IMG/VR virus record: IMGVR_UViG_3300021599_000885
DNA: 64,000 nt
Strand: one strand, 5' to 3'
From: a virus
Of the stretch, positions 44,097-53,632 are shown piece after piece. Position numbers and translations under genes: made by a program. Below the pieces are notes generated by a model, which searched no databases, had not been told where the DNA came from, and saw only the letters and a program-made list of their open reading frames with translations. Position 1 is the first letter of the stretch, and each line of letters opens with the position of its first letter.

Positions 44097-45745
44097 TAGA
44101 ATAATCGAAGTGAAGTTGAACCAACACCTGGTACAGTAAATATAACTCTGCTTGGTGATGTTCCATAGGTTATCTGAACAAACTCAGTTCCAACACCACT
44201 ACTAATAAATCCACTAGTAGAACGAACTGAGAATGATGTAACATATCCACTAGCAACGTTCATTCCATCCGTCAATGTTAATGTATTTGCACGAATACCA
44301 TTATTTACAGTTAAACCAGTATCTTGGAATCCAGAGTCAGTTCCAACACCAACATTAGTTCCTAATCCAACAAAACTAGAACCATTAAAGTTTGCACTTC
44401 CAGTTACCTTCAGTGTACTGATAGTACTAACTCCAGAAGTGGTGTAGATGTTTGATGTTATAATAGGATCTAGATTTAAAGTTCCACTAATAGAACCAGC
44501 AACAGTTAAGTTACCACCAAACCAGGCATTGCCCGTAACTGTTGATGTACCAACAACATGTAACTTATGGGTTGGAATCGTCTGGTTAATACCAAGATTA
44601 CCATCCCATGTTAGGGTCATTCTTTCGGAGTTAGTCTGACCATAAATCCACTTAAAGTTTCCAGTGCTACCAGCACCAGTACCATTGTGGAGTACAGTTC
44701 TAATATCTCCGGTATCATTGTTGATTAACTCTAGAGTCTTGCTTAAGTTACCAAATCTTAAAATAGCATTGCTGTTCCCAATACCTATAGACTGACCAAT
44801 ACTAATTCTAGATTGACTATCAGTAGAGATAACCTCAAGTAATGTAGCATTTGACTTTCTAATTTGGAAGTCTGATGTTGGTTCTGCTGTTCCTACTCCA
44901 ATTCTTCCAGAGTCTAGTGCTGCAAAAGAAGTTCCACCAGTTCCAACGTGCAATAGTTTGGTAACAGTAGTGATACCAGATGGTGTTGCTGTAACTTCAA
45001 TAGAATCTACTACAAGTTTAGATGCAGTTACTACTCCAACAGTAATATTTGGAGTTCCAATTAGTCCTCTTGCGGTTGTAGCAATACCAACGACATTTCC
45101 AGTTAAATCGCCAACAAATGTTGTTGCAGTAACGATACCACTATCAACAGTAACTGTACCTACTTTTAGTGATGTGAATGTTGAAACTCCAGTAGAATAA
45201 ACATCACCAACTAAACCACCTCTGAAAGTCCCATAGAAGTCAGATGCTGTTATGATACCAGTTGCCTTAATACTTCCAGTTGAGTTAATACCAATACCAT
45301 TTTGCGTATTTGGATTACCTCCAATTTGAAATACATATCTTGGATCTGTTGTTGCTACGCCAACATTTCCAGCAGCGTAAATGCTAGTAAATCCTAAACC
45401 AACATCAACATCAACCCACTGTGACGTTGGAAGGTTACTTAGAGTTGAACCATCACCATAAAATGAAACTACACCAGATACTGCCGTAACAATACCGCTA
45501 GAACTGATTGATAGGTTACCAATAGAAGCGGAGGTTAAAGTTGTAACACCACTTACATTTAATGTTTTACTATGAAGTTGGTCTGCTGTTGCTAGTCCAA
45601 CAACTTTGGCAGTTCCTCTTACGTCCAAAACTTCAGTTGGAATCGTGGTGCCGATTCCAACCAAACCGTTTGAATTTACAACTAAGTTATCATAATCAAC
45701 CTGGACGCCATTACGAAAATTAAACGACTTTCTATAATCTGCCAT
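44096..45745 (-). CDS. Tail fibre protein
   Basis: 549 aa; repeated VGIGTTxP and GIVTATxFxG motifs; upstream ATAAATA. Confidence 0.8.
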   Translation of the reverse strand: MADYRKSFNFRNGVQVDYDNLVVNSNGLVGIGTTIPTEVLDVRGTAKVVGLATADQLHSKTLNVSGVTTLTSASIGNLSISSSGIVTAVSGVVSFYGDGSTLSNLPTSQWVDVDVGLGFTSIYAAGNVGVATTDPRYVFQIGGNPNTQNGIGINSTGSIKATGIITASDFYGTFRGGLVGDVYSTGVSTFTSLKVGTVTVDSGIVTATTFVGDLTGNVVGIATTARGLIGTPNITVGVVTASKLVVDSIEVTATPSGITTVTKLLHVGTGGTSFAALDSGRIGVGTAEPTSDFQIRKSNATLLEVISTDSQSRISIGQSIGIGNSNAILRFGNLSKTLELINNDTGDIRTVLHNGTGAGSTGNFKWIYGQTNSERMTLTWDGNLGINQTIPTHKLHVVGTSTVTGNAWFGGNLTVAGSISGTLNLDPIITSNIYTTSGVSTISTLKVTGSANFNGSSFVGLGTNVGVGTDSGFQDTGLTVNNGIRANTLTLTDGMNVASGYVTSFSVRSTSGFISSGVGTEFVQITYGTSPSRVIFTVPGVGSTSLRLF

Positions 45746-45762
45746 CTTAGACGGTTTTTAAG

Positions 45763-48700
45763 TTATTTATGATTCTGGTCGTCAACCTTTCTAGAAAGTT
45801 CTTTAATAGCCTCAACCAGTAGAGGAACAATCTTATGGTAGTCAACCGCAAGGTAACCATTATCTCTAGTTGTGACTGCCTCTGGTAGAATCTTCTCAAT
45901 TTCTTGAGCGATAAGACCAACATCATGACCAGTCTTGTTGGACTTTTCATTCCAATCAAATGTGTTACCACTGATTGATAGAACCTTTTCTAGTGGATTA
46001 TCAATTCTAGTGATGTTATCCTTCAATCTTTCGTCAGAAGACCAGAAAGCAGTAATATCATCAGTTACGCTCAAGATACCAGTGATTGTTGTATTAGTTT
46101 GGATTGCAACAAGAGTGCTTCCACCATTTGCATTGAGTTTTAGATTTCCAGACTGAGTATCAATAGTATTGTCATCAGTAACGGCAATTTTAATGTTACC
46201 AAAACTACCAGCGGAAGAAACTAGAGTAGATGAAGAATCAATAACTAGATTTCCACTTACGGTTAGGTTTCCAGTTACATTAGCATTTCCACCAACATTC
46301 AAGTTCTTCGCAATACCAACACCACCACTAACTGTGACTGCACCAGTACTGAAATCAGTTGACTGTGTAGTATCAGTTACTTTTAGTGGTGCAGAAATAG
46401 TAGTTGTATCATTAATTTTAACTTCTTTGTTGAACTTAACTGGACCATCAAACTGAGACAGAACAGTACCAGAGTTTCCACCTTCAACTAGAAGTCTTTG
46501 CTTAACAATAACTTCATCAAATACAACACTCAAACTAGAAGGATCTTCACCAGTTATTGTTGGTACTGGAATATCAAATACTTCTTCTTGACCAGTAGCA
46601 GAGTTAATCTTCTTATTACCAATGAAGAAGTCGCCAACGCTGTTCATACCAGTATAAACAACGATACCGCAGTTCTTCTCTTGTGCTTGTGCGAGGTAGT
46701 CTTCCTTATCACTCAGACTCTTGACCTGAACTTGTGGAAGTGCAGTTGAATAGTTACCTGGACCATAACCAAGATATTCAAATGTATGTCCAGAAGCACG
46801 TAAGTATGAAGGTCTACGGAACTCAATAGCCTTAGGTGTGATCTTCTTAATAAGAGCACCACCAGAATGGTTTTGCTTCAGAGTTCCTAAAGCACCACGA
46901 ATAACACTGACTTCATTGTTACCAGAACCAGCAAGAGTGCTGGTTACAACTCTCATAATCTCATCATCAACTTGGATATATGAACCAAGTTCAAATCTAT
47001 TGGTAGTTGAAATACCAGAGTTTGTAGTTTTAATATGAAGTGTAGTCTGATTGGAGATATTAGACTGAAGAATAGCAGTCTCGTTTCCGTAGAAGAAGAA
47101 TCCTCTTGCTCCAAGATTCTCACCATCAACATCAGAGGTCTTATCATTGGAAGATAGACCATGCTTCAACAGATACTTAGGAGAAGTAAGTGATGCACTC
47201 GTCTTAGCACTAACTGTTGTGGTTGTGATACCAGTAACTAGATAGTCGCCTAAGTTTTGATCTGTAGAGTTCTTAACGGTGAGTCTATTACCAACCACAA
47301 AACCATGAGGTTCAGACATTGTAAAGGTGGTAATACCAGTTGCTGAAGTAAATGCTGAAGAAGAAACAGTTAGTTCAGGTGCAATGTTCAGTAGATATTG
47401 CCCTTGAACAATTCTTGGATCCTTATCAGTAATAGCAATAGCAACTTGATTTTTAGCAGGAACACCAGTAATACGATAGTATCCACCAGCAGTTGTTCCA
47501 ATACCTGTGATTTGAACGGTATTACCAATAACTGTTGAAATACCAGCAGTTGTTACAGTTAAACCAGCGCCTACTCCACCACCAATTCTTCCAGTATCAA
47601 AGTCTAGTTCTTCGCCATTTGTATAACCAGAACCACCAACAGTAATATCTACAGAGGATACAGCATTACCAGCAACTGTTACAGTGGCGGTAGCGCCATC
47701 CCAAGTTGATGTTCCATTATTAAAGAGTTTTACATTATAGTAAGTTCCATTGGTATATCCACTACCACCAGTAAAGGAACTATAAGTTACAATTCCATTA
47801 AAACCATGCTCTCTAGCGAATGTTAAAGTTGCAACTCCAACAGTTGCACTTGGGAATGAAGTTGTAACTCCAGTGATAGGAAGACCAATACCAAGAGCTG
47901 GGAGTAAAATATCAACAGTTTCTCTTGTAAGACTCTTCTTAAGATCATCAGTTACAACATCGCCAATAGGAGATCTCTTAGCGTATGTTTTACTTGAGTT
48001 TGGATTATCACTGATATTATCTCTATCCAACTGTGGATATAGATCTTTAACATTTTGACTATAGGAATGTCCAGTGAATTCAGTTTCAACAGTATTACCA
48101 GCATTTAACACATACAAGTGATAAACACCATCTTGAACATCCTTAATATATGGAGAGATGACCTCGTTTCTATAAACATAGAAGTTCTCATTCCAATCAT
48201 TTCTTTCTAATCTTGGAAGAGCAGTTGTTCTACTGCTTGTATCATTTGTAAATGAACCAGTAGAATGAGTTATACCATAAACATCTGCTGTTGAGTGAGT
48301 AAATGTCTTATCATCAACTACAGAAGCAACAGTAAATACTCCATTATATCCCTTATTAACAGTTCCAGCAGTGTTTCCAGTGCTGGTTACATTTCTGATG
48401 ATAATCTTCTCACCAACTCTTACATTATGTGGTAGTTCTGTAATAACAGTAACTGTAGAAGAACTCGTTGAGCAGGTGCTGATGAATCTTGGGTTTCTGT
48501 TATAATCATAGTCAGATGTTGTAATTCCAGTAGCAGTAAAGTCAGCGTTAGATCTTGCTCCAGTAGTGCTGGACTCCTGAATAACAAATCCTTCTTCTGG
48601 ATCCTTTGCATTATCAAACTCTTTTGGAACTACAACTCTAAACTTATAGAGTTTCTCATCAAGACTTCTTGGATCTTCTGTTCTATTAAAGAATGATGGA

Positions 48701-51012
48701 TTTGATGCAGAACCAAGAGTTCCAGTTCCTAGAGTATTAAATGCTGTGTAGATAGCATTATTATGGGATGAATGAATAAACCAATTGTTATTTGCAGCAT
48801 CAAACTGAATAGGTGAACCAATTTCACCAGCAGCCTTATCACTTACTCTACTAATAACTTTAATATTCGTTCCACCATATAGTGTAATGAATGCACTATT
48901 CTCAGCATTCGTTGCTGAAGATGCTATCTTAATTTGAGTTGAAGACTCTTTAATAACATAATAAATGGTGTGTGGATTAATATTCTCTGGTAGGTCTCCA
49001 CTATCACTGATGAGTAGAATCTTTTCACCAGTTAGTAAGTTATGTGTTCCAATAGTCAGAACGCTAGATGAAACGCTACTTACAGAGTATTGTTTAAATG
49101 AACTAGATGTTCCTAGAGCAGAGGTAATACCAGATGTGCTAATGGCATTATCAACCATTAGGATATTTGCACTGTAGGTAGTTCCAGATCCAACGAACGA
49201 TAGTTGATCGTTCAGTTTAGCACCAACTCTATAACCTTGAACAAGAACTGGTGGAGCAATGTTCTTATCATTGTAACCATAAAGATATAGATGGCTTGAA
49301 ATACCAACAGAAGTTGTTAAACCAACATCTAGTTGTACCCAGTCAATACTCTCTTCTGTCGCTACAATTGCTTTTGGTGTAATAACAGAAGTAATAAATG
49401 CTTTATTGTCCTTCGCAAATGCTTCTGCCTTAAATCCTTCTGCGTTCAGTGAGAACTGACCAAAGTTTGAGTTAGAGTTTGTGATACTGAAGTCAGCACC
49501 AGTTCTACCATCAAAGTGATATGAAAAACCAATAGCAAATACAGAGACGACCTGAATAAAGGCATCGTTCGAACCTTTAATATGACTAGATTCCCATCCA
49601 GTTCTATAGAGAGCATCAGAGTCTAGGTGATAAACTTTATTAGAATCTGTAGATGAAGATTCACTTGAAAGTGATGCACCAGTTACTTTAGAAACCGTAA
49701 TACCTTCATACGCTCTAGAAGACTCATTATACTTAACAAATGCTCTGTCGTCTTTCTGTAGAGAAACAGCAGTAAACTGAGCAACAACCATCGAACGGAA
49801 ACCAGATGCCTTAGCACCATCGGCATGAAGACCGTTCATACCATAAACTGAACGCAAGGAACAGTTAAAGATATATGGAGAAGCACCACCAACAGTATCA
49901 GTCTCGATAGTAACTGTTGCTCCAGAAGCACTAGGAGAAGCAGGAAGATTGTTTCTTACAAATGGTAGTAGATAAGTAAACTGAGTTTCGCTGCTTACAC
50001 TTTGAACTGTGGTTGATACATTATAGTCATCAACACTTACACCTTTAACTTTGATAGGTGTACCAGTTGTAAGACCATGTGCTGTAGATGTAGTAACTGT
50101 AATAACACTACCAGGAGTGAAACTATCTCCAGAAATAATGGTAGAGATATTAACTGGGTCAGCAGCAAATGCGCCAACAATTTCCCACTCAGAACGCTTC
50201 TTAGCAAAACCTAGTGGTTCAGCTGGCCACTTCTGGTCAATATTTCTGCCAGTTTCCGAATTAAATGCATTCGAAAGCTTGCTATAATACATGTCGAGGT
50301 CTGTAATGGAATATCCAGTAGGGATATTCACACCATCAGCATACTCAAAACAAGTTAGTTTGTGGTGAGAGAATGTTGGTTTTGACTGATTACCAGAACC
50401 AAAGTTTGATGCATCAGTATATACTAGACCACTCTGGTCACCATCAAAGATAGAAAACTGCCAGAAGTAACAAGCACCTGTGATTCTGAAAATAGAAGAA
50501 CCTGCTACATTAGTATCAGTTGGGTTTGGTACATACTTAGGACGAATCTTAGTCTTTCTAAGGTCTAAACCAACAATTGAAGTACCTCTAGGTACAACAA
50601 CACCACCATGAATACTATTAAACTTATAAAGAATATTTTCTTGCTGCGTTAGATCAAATACTGAAGATGATGTAAGAGTTAATTCTGTAGATGCTACGGT
50701 CTCTGAACCAGCTGGAGATACGGCAGTAGCAGTTCCACTTACATCTTTAATAGCATATCCAGGTCTATTATCAATGACGTGTTCGCCAGGAAATAAAAGA
50801 ATTGTAGTTTTCTCTACAATATCATTATCACTTCCCCTCAAATATGAGAATCTCGCTGCCTCTAGCAGTGCTCTCTGAATCGTTTTGAAAGGTTTTGTTA
50901 ACGAATTACCTTGATTCTCGATAGAATCGGTAGCATCAAGGTCACTTGGGTTAACATAGAGAATACGCCCTTCAGTATTCTTTATGAAATTTTCCAGTTT
51001 GTTTAAAGGCAT
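45763..51012 (-). CDS. Large tail fibre/spike with C-terminal peptidase S74 intramolecular chaperone
   Basis: 1749 aa; KPFKTIQRA beta-helix entry; SSDERLKDNI...GLIAQEIE...VDY.KIVPLLVEAIKEL. Confidence 0.88.
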   Translation of the reverse strand: MPLNKLENFIKNTEGRILYVNPSDLDATDSIENQGNSLTKPFKTIQRALLEAARFSYLRGSDNDIVEKTTILLFPGEHVIDNRPGYAIKDVSGTATAVSPAGSETVASTELTLTSSSVFDLTQQENILYKFNSIHGGVVVPRGTSIVGLDLRKTKIRPKYVPNPTDTNVAGSSIFRITGACYFWQFSIFDGDQSGLVYTDASNFGSGNQSKPTFSHHKLTCFEYADGVNIPTGYSITDLDMYYSKLSNAFNSETGRNIDQKWPAEPLGFAKKRSEWEIVGAFAADPVNISTIISGDSFTPGSVITVTTSTAHGLTTGTPIKVKGVSVDDYNVSTTVQSVSSETQFTYLLPFVRNNLPASPSASGATVTIETDTVGGASPYIFNCSLRSVYGMNGLHADGAKASGFRSMVVAQFTAVSLQKDDRAFVKYNESSRAYEGITVSKVTGASLSSESSSTDSNKVYHLDSDALYRTGWESSHIKGSNDAFIQVVSVFAIGFSYHFDGRTGADFSITNSNSNFGQFSLNAEGFKAEAFAKDNKAFITSVITPKAIVATEESIDWVQLDVGLTTSVGISSHLYLYGYNDKNIAPPVLVQGYRVGAKLNDQLSFVGSGTTYSANILMVDNAISTSGITSALGTSSSFKQYSVSSVSSSVLTIGTHNLLTGEKILLISDSGDLPENINPHTIYYVIKESSTQIKIASSATNAENSAFITLYGGTNIKVISRVSDKAAGEIGSPIQFDAANNNWFIHSSHNNAIYTAFNTLGTGTLGSASNPSFFNRTEDPRSLDEKLYKFRVVVPKEFDNAKDPEEGFVIQESSTTGARSNADFTATGITTSDYDYNRNPRFISTCSTSSSTVTVITELPHNVRVGEKIIIRNVTSTGNTAGTVNKGYNGVFTVASVVDDKTFTHSTADVYGITHSTGSFTNDTSSRTTALPRLERNDWNENFYVYRNEVISPYIKDVQDGVYHLYVLNAGNTVETEFTGHSYSQNVKDLYPQLDRDNISDNPNSSKTYAKRSPIGDVVTDDLKKSLTRETVDILLPALGIGLPITGVTTSFPSATVGVATLTFAREHGFNGIVTYSSFTGGSGYTNGTYYNVKLFNNGTSTWDGATATVTVAGNAVSSVDITVGGSGYTNGEELDFDTGRIGGGVGAGLTVTTAGISTVIGNTVQITGIGTTAGGYYRITGVPAKNQVAIAITDKDPRIVQGQYLLNIAPELTVSSSAFTSATGITTFTMSEPHGFVVGNRLTVKNSTDQNLGDYLVTGITTTTVSAKTSASLTSPKYLLKHGLSSNDKTSDVDGENLGARGFFFYGNETAILQSNISNQTTLHIKTTNSGISTTNRFELGSYIQVDDEIMRVVTSTLAGSGNNEVSVIRGALGTLKQNHSGGALIKKITPKAIEFRRPSYLRASGHTFEYLGYGPGNYSTALPQVQVKSLSDKEDYLAQAQEKNCGIVVYTGMNSVGDFFIGNKKINSATGQEEVFDIPVPTITGEDPSSLSVVFDEVIVKQRLLVEGGNSGTVLSQFDGPVKFNKEVKINDTTTISAPLKVTDTTQSTDFSTGAVTVSGGVGIAKNLNVGGNANVTGNLTVSGNLVIDSSSTLVSSAGSFGNIKIAVTDDNTIDTQSGNLKLNANGGSTLVAIQTNTTITGILSVTDDITAFWSSDERLKDNITRIDNPLEKVLSISGNTFDWNEKSNKTGHDVGLIAQEIEKILPEAVTTRDNGYLAVDYHKIVPLLVEAIKELSRKVDDQNHK

Positions 51013-51050
51013 CGGATTATATACGCCAATATATTTCTATGTTTTATTTA

Positions 51051-51365
51051 TCAACCCATCAAATCTTCCTCATCGTGATAATATTCTAGTTCATCAGGCA
51101 TATCTTCAGGGTTTTCTAGTTCTATCGGGAACATACAAGGATGCACTTCCTCATCTATAAGGTAGAAAGAACTTCTGTATAAGTCGTCTGGTTCAAATGA
51201 TCTTTCTTTATCTGCTAGTCTCTTAAGATCATCATCTTCCAAATGCCCATCAGGCATCTCATCAAATGTGAATGGGACTTGATTAATGAAATACATTTTC
51301 ACTATCATGCTGCCTTCGTTATACCAGCAGTACGCAGTGTCTATTCTATAAGACATAGGCTTCAC
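51051..51365 (-). CDS. Hypothetical protein
   Basis: 104 aa; ATAAATA upstream. Confidence 0.75.
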   Translation of the reverse strand: MKPMSYRIDTAYCWYNEGSMIVKMYFINQVPFTFDEMPDGHLEDDDLKRLADKERSFEPDDLYRSSFYLIDEEVHPCMFPIELENPEDMPDELEYYHDEEDLMG

Positions 51366-51389
51366 TCCCGTATCTTATATTTATTTTTA

Positions 51390-51463
51390 TACCCACAGTC
51401 GGATTCGAACCGACACTGGAGGAGTTTTAAGCTCCCTATCTCTGCCTGTTGGATTATGCGGGC
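51390..51463 (-). tRNA. tRNA-Leu(UAA), short variable arm
   Basis: GCCCGCA/TGTGGGT acceptor; GGGAG-CTTAAAA-CTCCT anticodon arm; GTCGG-TTCGAAT-CCGAC T arm. Confidence 0.88.
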
Positions 51464-51468
51464 GTAGG

Positions 51469-51542
51469 TGCAGGTTGCGAGGATCGAACTCGCCTTCGCA
51501 GAATTATGAGTTCTGAGCATTCTACCAGATTGCTAAACCTGC
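51469..51542 (-). tRNA. tRNA with CAU anticodon (elongator Met or Ile2)
   Basis: GCAGGTT/AACCTGC acceptor; CAGAA-CTCATAA-TTCTG; GCGAG-TTCGATC-CTCGC. Confidence 0.9.
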
Positions 51543-51645
51543 TTTATGTAATTGGGAAGAACATTGCCCTTCCCATACGACGCTACGGAAGATACCCGTA
51601 GTAGAAGTTGGCGTCTTTTTAGGCTATCTGCCTAACGACTACCAA

Positions 51646-51733
51646 TAGAAGTGGGTGGATTCGAACCACCTCAAAGCCGCTAATCTGGCGGAAAGAGTTT
51701 ATAAGACTCCTCTGACTACCAAGTCTCACTTCC
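51646..51733 (-). tRNA. Atypical tRNA-Ile(UAU) with long extra arm and shrunken D arm
   Basis: GGAAGTG/CACTTCT acceptor; GAGT-CTTATAA-ACTC; CCGC/GCGG extra arm; GGTGG-TTCGAAT-CCACC. Confidence 0.7.
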
Positions 51734-51745
51734 TAGATGATGAAC

Positions 51746-51919
51746 TTACTGAGCTTCGTTGTTTAACTCAGTGTGTATTCGTATAAGTTCATCATCGGCA
51801 GGCATCATAACTGCTGCCTTACCATCTTCTCCAATGATACCAATGTGCTCTCCTTGTTCTACTCGTTCTAGGAGAGCATCAAAGTTTTCTTCCCACTCTT
51901 TTACAGTAAACACTTCCAT
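51746..51919 (-). CDS. Phd/YefM antitoxin-like protein (57 aa)
   Basis: FTVKEWEENFDALLERVEQGEHIGIIGEDGKAAVMMP resembles the Phd N-terminal domain. Confidence 0.6.
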   Translation of the reverse strand: MEVFTVKEWEENFDALLERVEQGEHIGIIGEDGKAAVMMPADDELIRIHTELNNEAQ

Positions 51920-51921
51920 TA

Positions 51922-52116
51922 TTATTCTACAGCAATATCAGCGTATTCGATTTGATGAGGTTCAAGGTTAGCAGTAACAACTTCCAGGACATTCATAAAC
52001 TCCTGAACAGTTTCACACTCTACCATTTTCTCATTACCTTCATCACTAATGAGAAGGAAAGAGCGAGTGCAGACATCAATAACAATGCCCAGGACAGATT
52101 CTTGTGCGGTTCCCAT
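51922..52116 (-). CDS. Hypothetical protein
   Basis: 64-aa ORF behind a consensus promoter. Confidence 0.75.
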   Translation of the reverse strand: MGTAQESVLGIVIDVCTRSFLLISDEGNEKMVECETVQEFMNVLEVVTANLEPHQIEYADIAVE

Positions 52117-52141
52117 TGGATGTTCCGTTGATTACCTGAGT

Positions 52142-52170
52142 ATTATAGGGGGTCTGGGTCCTGGTGTCAA
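52142..52170 (-). promoter_or_regulatory. Consensus sigma70 promoter TTGACA-17-TATAAT
   Basis: Exact consensus; upstream of the Phd-like gene and tRNA cluster. Confidence 0.85.
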
Positions 52171-52181
52171 GGGGTCTAGGC

Positions 52182-52283
52182 AAAAAAAGAGAGGGTGCTA
52201 AGACCCTCTCTAGTAACCACCAACTCATCTCTCCCACCACAGAGAGGGTCTTCATTCCCAAAGATACAAGGATTTGAAAGACT
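52182..52283 (-). ncRNA. Candidate small RNA (about 100 nt) with its own promoter and terminator
   Basis: Lies between TTGACA-17-TATAAT (52289-52317) and the AGAGAGGGT/ACCCTCTCT-T-tract terminator. Confidence 0.55.
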
Positions 52284-52288
52284 TGATT

Positions 52289-52317
52289 ATTATAAAGGAT
52301 TATTTGGGGATTGTCAA
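52289..52317 (-). promoter_or_regulatory. Consensus sigma70 promoter TTGACA-17-TATAAT
   Basis: Exact consensus. Confidence 0.85.
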
Positions 52318-52330
52318 GTCTAGTAATTTT

Positions 52331-53041
52331 TTAATTTAGAAAATCAATTTGCATACTGGGTATTTCTTTTTTAATCCATGAAACTAAATCATTAATTTCA
52401 GGACATAGATCACATAAGTCATCATCAATGATACCAAAAGAAGGGTATAAAGATTTTACTGTACCTAAATTTGGTATCTCAGTTTCATTAATTGATTTTT
52501 CTTTCCCTATCAGACCAAAAGACTTCACATAAACATTAGATAGTTCATAGTTTTTTACTCTATCTAAATTAAAGTGATCACATACTTTATCCATAGTTTC
52601 TTTTTTATTCTCAAAAAAACTATTTGATTCTACCCATAAGACATCACCAATATCACTTATCCATTGAACATTATTCAACCACATAAAAGTAATTTTCTCA
52701 AGATCAGTTGTAAACTGATATTCCTTTAAAGATGGGTGACAATGTTTTAGATGATGTTCATACTTTGTAGATACAATACGATTAATATAGTTTGATGATT
52801 TTATTTTAAACAGATGATGTTTTAATTTCCTATACAAGAAAACTTTTTTACCCGGTAGTTGATGTGAAAACGGACACCATCCACTTCCAAATTTAATAGT
52901 GGCATCATCAAGTTCCAACTCACCATTTAATAACCTAGAAGACCATGATGGTTCGCAATAAACAGTTGTAGAATTCGCCAATAATGTTGCCATTAAAGTA
53001 GAACCACAGTGAGATGTGTGGTAAATTTGATTAATTTTCAT
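52331..53041 (-). CDS. Sulfotransferase-like (P-loop fold) protein
   Basis: MKINQIYHTSHCGSTLMATLL resembles the 5'-PSB loop (xRxGST); KVFLYR. Confidence 0.5.
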   Translation of the reverse strand: MKINQIYHTSHCGSTLMATLLANSTTVYCEPSWSSRLLNGELELDDATIKFGSGWCPFSHQLPGKKVFLYRKLKHHLFKIKSSNYINRIVSTKYEHHLKHCHPSLKEYQFTTDLEKITFMWLNNVQWISDIGDVLWVESNSFFENKKETMDKVCDHFNLDRVKNYELSNVYVKSFGLIGKEKSINETEIPNLGTVKSLYPSFGIIDDDLCDLCPEINDLVSWIKKEIPSMQIDFLN

Positions 53042-53606
53042 GTGCTTTTTGATAATCAATACCAAAGAAATGAGATATACAATATCTACCATTTCCAGAA
53101 TAATAATCTGTATCTTCTATACTTACCCACTTAACTCCATGAGTAACATATGCACCACCCGTAAACTTTCTAGGTTCTCTATTGAAATAACTGAACGCTA
53201 AAAAGTCATGATTTATATCAGTATGGGGAGCATAATAGTCTCCATCATGATAATATCTAACTTTTGTGTAGCAATAATTAGTGTTTAGAATTTTTTTATG
53301 TTGTGGAAACCTATCATAAAAGATATTCAAAAACCCATGATTGAATAACTTTTGAGTTACCGTTATAATATTGGAAAGATTTTTATCATTATAAGAGATA
53401 TCTAATTGTATAGACCTAGATTTAGTTAAAATCTCTCCTGTTTCTGGATGAACTGCTCCATGAATGTATCCAGGATCGTACAATTTTCCTGGTTTAGTTA
53501 GAAAAATAAGTTCTTCCCAAATCAATTCTAATTCTTCATCAGTATAAAAATTTTCTATGGTCAGATGAGGAAATGGATCTTTAAATATACTTATCTTTCT
53601 TTCCAT
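53031..53606 (-). CDS. Prolyl 4-hydroxylase-like 2OG-Fe(II) oxygenase, apparently internally deleted
   Basis: YYHDGDYYAPHTD (HxD), THGV and GRYCI; FTGG is joined directly to AYVTHGV. Confidence 0.75.
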   Translation of the reverse strand: MERKISIFKDPFPHLTIENFYTDEELELIWEELIFLTKPGKLYDPGYIHGAVHPETGEILTKSRSIQLDISYNDKNLSNIITVTQKLFNHGFLNIFYDRFPQHKKILNTNYCYTKVRYYHDGDYYAPHTDINHDFLAFSYFNREPRKFTGGAYVTHGVKWVSIEDTDYYSGNGRYCISHFFGIDYQKAHEN

Positions 53607-53632
53607 TATTAATAGACATTTTAAACATTATA

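Noticed and set aside
52076-52261. 61-aa ORF
   Set aside because: It runs through a strong terminator and a consensus promoter and overlaps the next gene; the region is better explained as an ncRNA or leader.
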